Source: Daphnia carinata (lineage: Eukaryota). Taken from it: a stretch of 64,000 bases of DNA. The notes below the pieces were generated by a model. It had not been told where the DNA came from. It did no database searches and saw nothing but the letters and a program-made list of their open reading frames with translations. The stretch lies in NCBI RefSeq assembly GCF_022539665.2, contig NC_081333.1, forward strand, positions 1,798,001 to 1,862,000, in the 5' to 3' direction. Below are positions 40,204-51,900 of this stretch, piece after piece. The position numbers and the translations under genes are program-made. Numbering within the stretch: the first letter of the stretch is position 1; each line of letters starts with the position of its first letter.

Positions 40204-42330
40204 ATGGCTAAAGTGTTCCCGTTGCTGTCCTTTGCCTTTTCTGTTCTTGAAGCTTTTGTGTCGGCTAGTGCTGGCTATGAAGTTCGCGAAGTTGAAATGC
40301 AGCGTCATCAATTTCGCAACGGTTTACAAGGAAAGGAACTCAGAGTCGCTACAGGAAGTGTAAGGCAGTATTTTTTGTTATTTCTATTATGATTCAAAAT
40401 TATCCTTGTAGCAAACCAAAAATTTAAAAAATGTTCACCATTGAAATCCAAATCTTCCTGAACCACATTCCATTAGTTATTGCTTAATGATTACTTTACC
40501 AGTTTCCACCGGTGATTTCTATTTTGAAAAATTCTTCTGGTCATGTGATTGGTTACGACGGCTTGTTATACCATCATCTCTGTTACTTGTCGCAAAAATT
40601 AAGGTTCACGTAAGTAATCTACGGTTACCACCTTTAATCCACCACTAACGCTTTTGCACTAGTTTCAAGATATCTCCATCACCTGAAAATACAAATGGAA
40701 TTTTGCGGAACGGCACCTGGAATGGCGTAATAGGAACTCTCATGAGAAATGTAGGTTCAGGATTATTTATTAATTATCGATATGCTTTACATTTAGGGTA
40801 CAATGTGCCTTTCTTGTTTCTTCATTGTCAGGAAGCAGATTTAGGCTTAGGACCATTTGCAATATCTCGAGAACGGTACCAAGCTATCGAGTTTTGCGGA
40901 AGAGTTGGAGGAGACTATACGTGCATACTAGTGACATATCCTGAGGATAGCGTCTCGTTGACCAGCGCATTTGATGTGTTTTCCACAGGGGTAAAAATGA
41001 TAGAGATTTTTGAAAATGTGCCATTTTCAGGTAAATTTATGCTTGTTTATCGGTCGTGACACGCACCCCGAAAACCCAGATATGGATAGGATGGGTCATT
41101 TCTGGTGCTGCGGTTGTTGCAGTTTCTGTCGTTTTAGGTTTCCTAGCAAAGCGTTTATGGACTAAAGATCGTAAAATAGACGCTGGGGCACTTGCTTGGT
41201 ACTTATACGGCGCCGTCGTTTCTCAAGGTTAGTTTCTAGTAAACAGAGCCCGAATAATTCACTACGGACAGCAAAAATTAAGAGTCTTAAATCAAATTTT
41301 TGTAATGTTTAATTGTTATTCGTGGGTTTTGTTTGATCTTCAATTTGAATTATTTATTTGTGTGCTGCTTAAGGGTGCCACTTTCCGCAATGCCGATTAT
41401 CACAGAGACTTCTTCTTGCGACGTGGTGTTTTGTGGCTTTTGTCTTTGTCAATATCTACAATTCAACGTTGACTTCCTACTTGTCCGTAACATTTCAAAG
41501 ACCGGAAATTAACAGTTTAAATGATTTGGGAAAAAACCCTGTCTATAAGGCAACCATTTTAGCGGGTTCCATACAAGAAATTGATTTGCAGGTAACGTGA
41601 AATTTATAACTTTTAAAGAATTCCTTATTCAGAATGTTATTTAGAGAAGCAATGATGAAGTTGGACAAACCGTTGCCGGCATGATCCAGAAATGTGGTTC
41701 GGATTGTAGAAAATTCAGCCTTCAAGAAATGGTCATACCAGTTGCAGAGAAAGAAAACTACGTTTCCATCATAGTAAGTTACAACAGTTATTTCGTCTAC
41801 TGATATTCATAGAAAATCATACGCACTTTCAATTTGGAACACTAAATTTTTTTTTCTAAATTACAACATCCATGATAATTATAGCCATGCAGTACTGCCA
41901 TAGGAAACATGAAAAATTACAACAAAAAGGGGAAAAAGTGCACTTTAGCTTTTGCGCAAGAAATCAAATCTTGGAAGCCCATGTTTTTTGGTGTACCAAA
42001 ATCAAGTCCATTCATTGAAGAAATCAATCGAGAGTATGATTCATCCGCTTTAATTAAGGAATTTTCCTGCGTAATGAAGCAATGCTTTTCCAATACAGAT
42101 CGCTATGGTTCATTGCTATTGGAATGCGTGAATACTGGTACGCCGAACACGATAAACAACCGGAGAAATGCAAGCTCCAATACAACAGCAAAGGCGTTGC
42201 AACCAAGAGATCCAGTAAACGAATTAAACTGCAGCAATTTTATCTGCCATTCCTCATTCTTTTCAGTGGCTATTTATTAGCTTTTATCCAATTTTGCCGT
42301 GAAAAATGTTTCTATCGTCCAACTGCTTAG
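40204..42330 (+). CDS. Divergent ionotropic receptor (IR), copy 1
   Basis: Signal peptide; LQGKELRVAT; NGTWNGVIGTL; EADLGLGPFAISRERYQAIEF; AFDVFSTG|IWIG; WYLYG..SQG; RLLLATWCFVAFVFVNIYNSTLTSYLSVTFQRPEINSL; FGVPKSSPFIEEINR; IKLQQFYLPFLIL. No amino-terminal domain. Confidence 0.88.
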
Positions 42331-42559
42331 AATCCCTTCTTCGGGTCGTAGTGAAGAAAAAAAAACAACAGGCGAACAGTAAATGACACATGTTCCCCAT
42401 GCCAATATCTGTGACGTCTGCTTAAAAATCTAAAATGCCATGCCATTCACCTGTAGTTCTGAAAGTGAAATAGATTATTGCATTTCGTCGGTTATGTTGT
42501 CATTCGGAATGCGAAAAGTTTTACTTTTAAAAGTACAATAGAAATTTAGAAAAAAATCT

Positions 42560-43180
42560 TAAATTATTTCTGGAAATCTTTTGTTTCAAGCTACGCATAG
42601 GTAAACGGATGTCCTCATGTTTGTCTGTGAACTAGTTACCGCGTTGTCAATGGCTTTAAAGCGGCTTGAAAAATGTGATGAATTTAACATATAGGTCACT
42701 GTTTACAGTAATCATATGTTGAACAATGTAATGCAACAAACATTCTTCATAATTGAAAACTTTCACACGCAAGTTTCAATCCTACATGCACTATTCAGTT
42801 AACACTCTACTCTTGCCAGCTACCAAAGCATCTTCTTTTTACCATGAAATTGGATAAAGAAATTTCAAATCTATCCTAACAGATGAACTTATTCAGCTTT
42901 AAAAGTTTATTTCGAAGTATATCTATGCAATATGATTTGCCCAAAGTACCAGTAAGTTAGTCAGACGTCATCACTTTTCTCTTTCCTTGTGGATGTGTGA
43001 AAATAATTTGTCTTGTGCATATAGGGATATATTGAATTATATTAAATCTCCTGATTTAGACTTTGCAACCATAGCAACCCATTGGCAAATGAAAGATATT
43101 TTTAACTTGGATAATATTTTACGATCAACAGTACAGGTGAAAAACATGGCCTTGTAGCAGTGTGCATCAACAAAAAAGGA
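42560..43180 (+). pseudogene. TRNT1: Degenerate 5' fragment of TRNT1
   Basis: Collinear with 37150-37790: TTGTTTCAAGCTACG; GCAAGTTTCAATCC; TTTACCATGAAA; GATGAACTT; GATTTAGACTTTGCAACCA; ACAGGTGAAAAACATGG. It carries indels and stops and is truncated. Confidence 0.88.
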
Positions 43181-44287
43181 ACATTTTGATTTTGCATGTG
43201 AATGAAAATCATAATGTGTGAATCTTTATAATATAGATTGCAATTTTGGAAAGCCCAAAATTGGATCCACTGAATAATATTTCTTTTAAAATGACATTCG
43301 AATGTCTTTTGCAACTTTTACGTTTTTTTTTTTTGTCATATGCGTTAATTTCATTGCACAAGGGTAACAGATTTTTTTTTCATTTTCAGCCCAAGGAAAT
43401 TAAATAACATTGCAAAAATGGAACGATGGTTGTGAATTTTTTTAAAAGGCCACCGAACGATGTGTCACAGACAATAATGATGACACAGCTAACTGAGTAC
43501 CAGGAAAATTGCTTTTTCTTTGACACATTTATCAGTTTCTTTGTTTATTTACATGACAATTTTAAATTCTCTTTCAAGTCTAGGATGCCATAGTTTAATA
43601 TTCTGCCGTAGGTAAAAACATTGTTTATGACCTTTCTTGTGGTTTGACTTTGTCTCCGGTAACCTAGGAAACGTTGCGTGCTCGGCCAAAAATGATTGTT
43701 TTCCGTTATGTTAGCAGACAAAAGACGAATGATAATATGAGACGAACACAATAGGACTAACCAAGCTAATTTTCTGCTGTGTGGATCTACATCCACTCGT
43801 TGCTGGAAACCTAATCTACATAATAATCTGTTCTACCTTCAGTATAACGCAATTCTTAGGCTCAATTTGGGTACTGCATGTTGCTAATAAGTAACCAAAC
43901 TGCATGTTGCAGGCATCAGTTTCGGTACTTTTTCATTCCCACCACAATGCGTATTGGTATTCGAGGCAACTTGTCGATTTGCCAATGGAAACTCTTTCTT
44001 CATTAGAGATCATTCAATGACCTATTCATCTTCTCAGTCAATACGCTTCGTTGTTGTTATGTCATACGCATTGACAAAAACCGTGATGCCAGTTCATTTT
44101 TAAATGATCACTAGCACAACGGTTCTATCGGTATATGCAGTGCTTTCTTTCAATGCAAACAGGGATAAGTTTACAATATGTGAAGAGCTATCAATGCCAA
44201 AGACTACCAATCGACTGCCTTATAAGACAAATCCGGGGAATACTTTGGTCAGTATCATTCTGATGGTCTGTCGAAATGCTGGTGCAA

Positions 44288-46400
44288 ATGGTAGTGATGG
44301 CAAAAATGTTCCTGTTCCTTATTGCACCTTTTTTTCTTGACGCGTTTGAGTTGGCAAGTGCTGACTATAAAGTTAAAAAACTAGAAATGCCACGTCATCA
44401 ATTCCGCAATCGTTTACAAGGAAAGGAACTCAGAGTCGTCACGGGAAATGTAGGGCAGTATAAAATTTTGTTATTTCTAGTATGTACTAACAAATTTTTC
44501 TTAAACAAAAAACTTCCAAAAAACATTACTTAACTAGTTTCCTCCAGTAATTTTGATTTTGCGAAATTCTTCTGGTCACACTGTTGGTCACGAAGGCCTA
44601 TTATACCATCACCTTCTTTACTTAACCCAAAAGTTGAAATTCAAGTAAGTAGCCTATTTTTTCCACCTTTAACTCACGACTTACTTATTTATACTTTATA
44701 CATTTTCACTAGTTACAAAATATTTGCGGCTCCTCAAAACACGAATGGAATTCCGATCAACGGCACCTGGACTGGCGTTATTGGAACTCTCATAAGAGGT
44801 GTACGTACAGGACAATGATATTTCTACACTATCGGTATCTTTCACGTTTTTAATTCAATGTGATCTGGCGTTTTCTTCATCAGGAAGCGGATTTGGGTCT
44901 AGTACCAGTAGCTATTTCATTAGAACGGTATCAAGTTATCGAGTTTTCCGGAAGAGTTGGAGGAGACTATACGTGCTTATTAGTGAAATATCCTGAGGAC
45001 AGTGTCTCGTTGACCAGTGCATTTGATGTGTTTTCCACTGGGGTAAGAATGACATTGAGATTTCTGAATGTCTAAAATTTTTATTTGAACTAATCCTTGT
45101 AATTTGTTAATGATACACACCCGGAAAACCCAGATATGGGTAGGATGGATCATTTCCGGTGCAGTGATCGTTGCAGTTTCTGTCGTTTTAGGTTTCCTGA
45201 CCAAACGTTTAAGGGTTAAGGATCGTAAAATAGACGCTGGAGCAATCGCTTGGTACTTATACGGCGTGATGATTTCTCAAGGTTAGTTTGTAGTGAAATT
45301 CGAATGTAGTTCGGTGTGAATGGTAAGAATTTAGATAGGCAAAAAAAAAAAGCCTACGTTTTGAGAACTTGAATTGTTATTTTTGTGGGTTCCGCTTGAT
45401 CTTTAATTAGAATGATTTATTTGTGTTCTGTACCAGGAAGCTTTTTTCCGCAATGCCGGTTACCACAGAGACTGCTTCTTGCGACGTGGTGTTTCGTGGC
45501 TTTTGTCTTTGTCAATATCTACAATTCCACCTTGACTTCCTACTTGTCCGTAACATTTCAAAGACCGGAAATCAACAGTTTAAGTGATTTAACAAAAAAC
45601 CCGTCCTATAAGGCAACCATTTTAGCGGGTTCCATACAAGAAATTGATTTGCAGGTAACACGAATCTATAACTTTAAAGAATTCCTTATTCAGAATGTTA
45701 TTTAGAGAAGCAACGATGAAGTTGGACAAACAGCTGCCGGCCTAATCCAGAAATGTGGTTCAGATTGTAGAAAATTTAGCCTTCAAGAAATGGCCACAAT
45801 AGTTGAAGAAAAAGAAAACTATGTTTCGATCATAGTAAGTTACTACAGTTACGTCTACCGGTACCATTAGAAGATTATCCTTAATTTCAATTAGAACGTA
45901 GTATATAATATATATATGTATATTCTAAATTACAATATTAATGAATTTTTTAGCCATGCAGTCCTGGGATATCATTCTTGAAAAACCGAAACGCTAAGGG
46001 AAACAAATGCATTTTAACCTTGGCACATGAAATCAAGTCTTGGAAACCCATGTTTTTTGCAGTACCAAAATCAAGTCCATTCATTGAAGAAATCAATCGA
46101 GAGTATGATTCATCCGCTTTATTTAAGAAATTTTTCGTGCTTAATGAACCAATATTTTTCTAATACAGATCGCAATGGTTCATTGATGTTGGTCTGCGGG
46201 ATTACTGGTACGGCCAGCACGATAAACAACCGGAGAAATGCAAGCTACAATACAACAGCAAAGGCGTTGCAACCAAGAGATTCAGCAAACGAATTAAACT
46301 GCAACAATTTTATCTGCCATTCCTCATTCTTTTCAGTGGCTGCTTATTGGCTCTTATCCAATTTTGCCGTGAAAAATTGTTCTATCGTGCAAGTGCTTAG
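44288..46400 (+). CDS. Divergent ionotropic receptor (IR), copy 2
   Basis: Paralog of 40204-42330 with the same exon structure: MAKMFLFLI..LQGKELRVVTG; EADLGLVPVAISLERYQVIEF; identical M2 block RLLLATWCFVAFVFVNIYNSTLTSYLSV; ends FYRASA*. Confidence 0.88.
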
Positions 46401-46833
46401 AATCACTTCTTTCGAGGTGTCCCCCTGCACAGTTAATAAGTTCTACAATCTACATTGAAGCACAAAACTATACGAGCTCGGTAAGCTTTATCTAATTTTA
46501 CCTTTTTTAGTTTTTTTCAATTTTGAGACTGTCAACATTAACTGGCCTTGTCAATGTTGAGAATTTAGCTCTTGAGGATAACAGAGGTCTAAATTTTCCT
46601 TTAAATTTAGCGTTTTCTATTTCTTTGTGTAAGTAAAGAAAGCTGCCCTCACTCTTTCTTGTTTACCTAGTGATCTTGCCTGTTAGAAAACTTAAGCTTA
46701 ATAGTAACTGTAAATCATTTTGATAGTTTTTTGCTGCTTTACGTGTATGTAAAGGGTGTAATTCACGCTGAAACAAAGACTGACACCAAAAACAAGTTGC
46801 CTAAATAGAAATCCCACAGAATTGTTGGCTGAT

Positions 46834-47124
46834 TTAGCCATGGTGATGTCCATGATGATGATGGTGTCCGTGATGGTGATGATGTCCATGATGGTGATGA
46901 TGTCCATGATGGTGATGATGTCCATGGTGGTAGTGATGGAAACCGCCTAACGGATAATAGTGGTAAGGGCCCAGTTGCGCCAGTGTGGAAGAGGCGATTA
47001 CTGCTAACAAAACCTGGTAAACAATGAAATTCATTTAGTCAATAGCGATATTTTTAAAAATAACATCCTTATTCAAAAATAATGTTTTTTTTAATCGTAC
47101 CATAACTACTGCAAAACGAAACAT
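46834..47124 (-). CDS. Small secreted His/Gly-repeat peptide
   Basis: Two exons give MFRFAVVM|VLLAVIASSTLAQLGPYHYYPLGGFHHYHHG(HHHHHG)x4HHHG*. Canonical GT-AG intron ~47014-47100; TATAAAA at ~47207-47213 on the minus strand. Confidence 0.8.
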
Positions 47125-48970
47125 TTTCTTTCCTCTTTGCTGTTCGTCTGGCGAATGTGGATGAAACAATCAGTTGTCGATGGTTTTCCTTTGGACAACC
47201 AAGGCTTTTTATATCAAACTCAAGAAACCTTAAAGTCATTGCGAACACGTAAGTCCAGTCTAAGGAAACTGGAGACATCTTCAACCAATGCACAAACAAT
47301 GATTAAGGTATAAATAAACGCTGCCGTTGCCGGAAATCCCGTCTTATTTCTCTGACGCCATATATAGTAGAACAACTTGTACAGAAAGTTCCCCCACAAC
47401 AAAAAAGCAAACTGGAAATTCCCCCGCACTTTGAGTTGATTTTCTTGTTTGCAAAGATGACGAGTTCGTTTTAAATTAGGTTGTTTAAACTAACCAAAAA
47501 AAAAAAAAAAAAATGCAACGTTTCCTAAAACTGTATCCTCCATCATTATGCCAAGTTTCAATGCCATACAGCAGCAACTGGGTTAACTTAATTCTATTTT
47601 ATTATGACTGTGGATCGAGCATGAATTTTCGGAAAAACAAACGCGCATGTGTTTGTAACACGTGATACTTTTTTGTGATGGTAACATGTGTGTACTAAAG
47701 ACAAGATCGTATTTCCCCATGATGATCCCCAAATACGCACTGGTGATGAAGTTCGCGATGACGGCGTCATTCGAATTTCACAACAGATCACATAACGCAA
47801 TAAAATCTTCGTTTTCTATTTATTTTGTACAAAAATAAAACACACATAACAAGTTATCGGCGTCTTCGATTTCCGGGGGATTTCAAAAATATCGGCCTAT
47901 TTTCTACTGTTTACAACGTCAAAGTTCTAATTCATAGGCTCAACAACCTTTTACAACACAGCAAAGCTGGGCCCATTTTAGTTGACAACAAAATAAACAT
48001 GGATGATAACTCGTCCAATGCGCAGTTCATGGGAGGACGTAGGCGACGTCTTCCGCGATTGCGGTCGATATCACTGGTCAGTGGCTATAATTGAATCTGT
48101 TTGTTTATTATGTACTATAGAAACAACACAAACTGGAATTGTCGCCAATCTTTCTGTGTTGTATGAAATCCAACCAGTTTCAGCGAACCAAGTGGATCAG
48201 TTACTCTTGGAAGATATGTGAAGCAACCGTTGAATCTTTGGACGAAATAAATCGCATCAAAACAAAACATGTTCAAAATACACGTGATTAATACTACGCA
48301 ACATGTAGGAAATTGTGCGCATTTATTTTAACTATTTCATCATCTTTTTTTTTCAGAATTAGAGGTTGAGTTATCTATCACGTGTAGCTTGCAGACTGAG
48401 AGAAAGGGTAACGTAAGTTATCGTAGTCTGAAACTGATAATGGCAATTTCATCCTGCTACACCTGTTATCAATGCTCGTAATCAGTGCAAGTTTTCGTAT
48501 GTCCTAGAGGCATAACGAGCAGAAAAGGGGGTGGATTTTTTGCGAAGATAGGAGAGGGTAAGATGGGCGCCGCCGACAGATTGGCGAGACAAATTTTTTT
48601 TTGTTTCCATGTTTTTATGGAACCGAAAAACAAATGACTGACCTCAAAAAACACTTGAGGCGTACTACGTAACCCTTCCTTATTCGAATTCTTTCTTCTC
48701 TTTCATTACAGGGCGCCATCTACGACTGAAACGAATGTAATAAGAGCTGGAACTGTCTTCGATGAGAATTAATCTGTTTCAGGATACGGGCCAAGAGCGC
48801 ACGTTCCTTCTTATTTCTTCCCTAGGCACACTTAGCACGCCGCACTCGGGCTTCCCTTTAAAATAATTTATTTTCCATTAAAAGTCTTGTACCAAAAAAA
48901 AAGCTTTATTAGTAACATTGTTCGTGAAATATTTCCATTAGGGGAACTATACTTCTGTCATTTTAATTAA

Positions 48971-51900
48971 ATGCGTTTACTTTGGTTTGGGTTAGTTGTG
49001 CTTGTCCAACTGCCGAATTTAATAACAGCAGGTATTGTTTTATAGTGTAATGTTTTATTTAAATTCCGGTTTAATTTTAATATCTGTTTTAAGCTTGTGA
49101 TGGAAAACAATTTGCGTGCAAAAACGGACACGGGTGTGTGGCTACTAGTCAACATTGTGACCACGTGATCGACTGCGATGACGGATCCGATGAGTTAGAT
49201 TGCAGTAAGTTCTACTCCATTACTACGATATTTTAAGGTGTCATTTCAATGCAATTTTCAAGACTATTCTTCCTGAAAATTCCTCTGTGTTCATTTCTGA
49301 TAAGTTCAATGGTGCATTAATTTACTCAATGTGTGTTCTCAGGTTATCCTTGTCGGAGTGCTCACATGAAACCTTGTAGGGATGGCCATTGTATTGCCAT
49401 GTACTTCTTTTGTGATAGGGACAATGACTGTGGAGATTGGTCTGATGAGCTCAATTGCACAGGCCTGGTATAGAACTAATTATTTAAGTGGCTTGGTATT
49501 GTTATATACATTAAGTGTTTATCTTATTATTTCAGTTACCTGGTTCGACAATGAATTGCCCATCAAACACATTCCACTGTGAGGGGCAGGTATGCATACC
49601 CCAAAACTGGGTCTGTGACGGCATGGAGGATTGTTCTGATGCAAGAGATGAACTTCACTGCAACACAACAATAGTGAAACACTTTAATGTTATCTTAGAT
49701 TCTTTTATTACTGACATTATTTCCTTTATTAGGAGTGCAAAAGTGGATTTCAGTGTGGAAAGGAATGTATATTGAACCAGTGGGTGTGTGATGGTGTAGC
49801 AGATTGTGTAGATGGATCTGATGAAAAAGAATGTGGTAAATTGTTTCTTTTTGCAATATGTTAGATCATTTTTAACATTTTATTTTACAGGTCCTGATGC
49901 CTACATGAATCACAGCTGCCTACCTGAGCATGGTTGGTTCAGCTGTCTCAGTAAAGGTAGTAAGAAGTGTATGCCCATTAGCCGTGCTTGCGACGGCTAT
50001 GTCGATTGCGATGACGGGACTGATGAAGGGGGACAGTGCAGTAAGTTCTATAAGCTTGTAAGTGTTGGTTTGCAATTAATTGAATACTGCTTCTAGATTC
50101 TACATCTAATTGTTCAAACAACACGCGTTGCCCGAATGAGTGTCACAAGACTCCTCGTGGCCCTATCTGCTCATGCCCTCAGGGTTTTCAACTCAATGGA
50201 ACATCTTGCGTTGGTAAGTCCGCTGAACTATTCTTTGTTGGCAAAGTATATTAATTAGCATCTTATGTTTCAGATATCGACGAATGTTCGATTGATCCAC
50301 CCATGTGCAGCCAGAAATGCTCGAACAGCAGAGGTGGTTTTGAATGTTCTTGTGTCGCTGGTTACACTCCTGGAACCCGAGATAAGAAGAGTTGCGTAGC
50401 AAATGGTTAGTTTTCAGCTTAAGAATTGAGGTCGGATGGTTTTATCATCGGTGTTGCTTTGTAGGACCTGAGCCGATGCTGGTTATCACTACTGATCGGG
50501 ATATTCGCTACATTTCATTGCCTTCAAGGGAGTATGGGCTTGTTCAGTCGGGTATTTCTCAAGCGCATGGCGTCGCTGGTGATTTCGAGGATGGCTTCGT
50601 CTACTGGAACGAGAAGAGCAAAGACAAGGCGGGCATTTACAAATCCATGCTGGACGGATCGGCTTACCAGTATGTGGTTTCAGTTGGCGTAGAAATGGTG
50701 GAAGATTTGGCCATCGATTGGGTCGGAAGTCACGTTTACTTTGCTGATTCCGGTCGAAAACACATCGTTGTCTGCGATCTTCACGGTAAAATTTGCACCG
50801 TAGTCATCAGTGGACAACTGGACAAGCCGCGTGCCGTGGCAGTATATCCAGAGGAAGGTCTTCTCTTTTGGTCTGATTGGGGCTCTCATCCGCACATCGG
50901 CTCTGCTGGCATGGATGGATCGAAGCGGAAGAATATCATTACCACTGACATTGTGTGGCCAAACGGCTTAGTCGTAGATGAAACTATCCAACGTATATTC
51001 TGGGGTGATGCCAAACTTAATCGGATCGAAAGCTCGCGCCTTGATGGTTCAGATCGTAAAATTCTTCCTGTTAAAGTCACACACCCTTACGCCCTTGACA
51101 TATTCGAAAACACCATCTTTTGGTGTGACCCTCTCGAGCACGAAGTCCTCTCCGTGGATAAATTTACTGGCAAGGATTACAAGGTATTGAATTCAGCATT
51201 GTTTGAGTGTCACGGCAATCAGTTTATTCCACAATTCTTTTCAGGTTTTGATCAAAGAAACCTCTTTCACCCCAACTGGTATTCACGTTCATCATCCATC
51301 GAAGCAAAATCTTCTCGCCAATCCTTGCAGGAACATCATCTGCAGCCATCTTTGTTTGCTCTCACCTTCAGTTCAAGGCTTTAGATGCGCTTGCCCAGTA
51401 GGAATGGTTTTGAACAAAGACAACCGTACTTGCGATTCGATCTCTTCACAGGAATCTTCCATTGTCATCGCAACATTTACTGACATTTTTCGATTGACTC
51501 ACCATCAGATCGGCAAGGATTCCATCACCCGTCTGCCTACGCGTAACGTAGAGAACATTGGGGCCCTGGCCTTCAACCCGTTAGGTCATTCGATCGTCTA
51601 CAGTGACACGAGTCAAAGGACCATTTACTCCATGCATTTGGAAACATATCGGCAAGAGGTCCTTTTCGAAAATGCTGATATGGTTGAAGGATTGGACGTC
51701 GACCCATTCACGGAGAATATTTACTGGACGGAAGTAACTCGAGGCACTGTCTCGATTGGTCATAAGAATCACAATGGCGTCTACGAACGATTGGTCTTGG
51801 CACGAGATCTCCACAGCCCTAAAGGTATCACCATTGCATCTGAATTCGGTTTGATGTTCATCGTTGAAGGACGCATCAGCCACGTCATCAGTGTTTGGCA

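Larger units (their letters stand above)
36975..46420 (+). repeat. Tandem segmental duplication (unit 1 ~36975-42350; unit 2 ~42410-46420)
   Basis: The promoter motif, TRNT1 5' part, intergenic blocks (GGCCACCGAACGA at ~39421 and ~43449; TGCTGGAAACCTAATCTACATA at 39801 and 43801) and the IR gene all occur twice, in the same order. Confidence 0.9.

Noticed and set aside
46698..46925. MDIITI-repeat ORF
   Set aside because: Alternative frame of the His-repeat; only the His frame connects to a signal peptide and splice sites.
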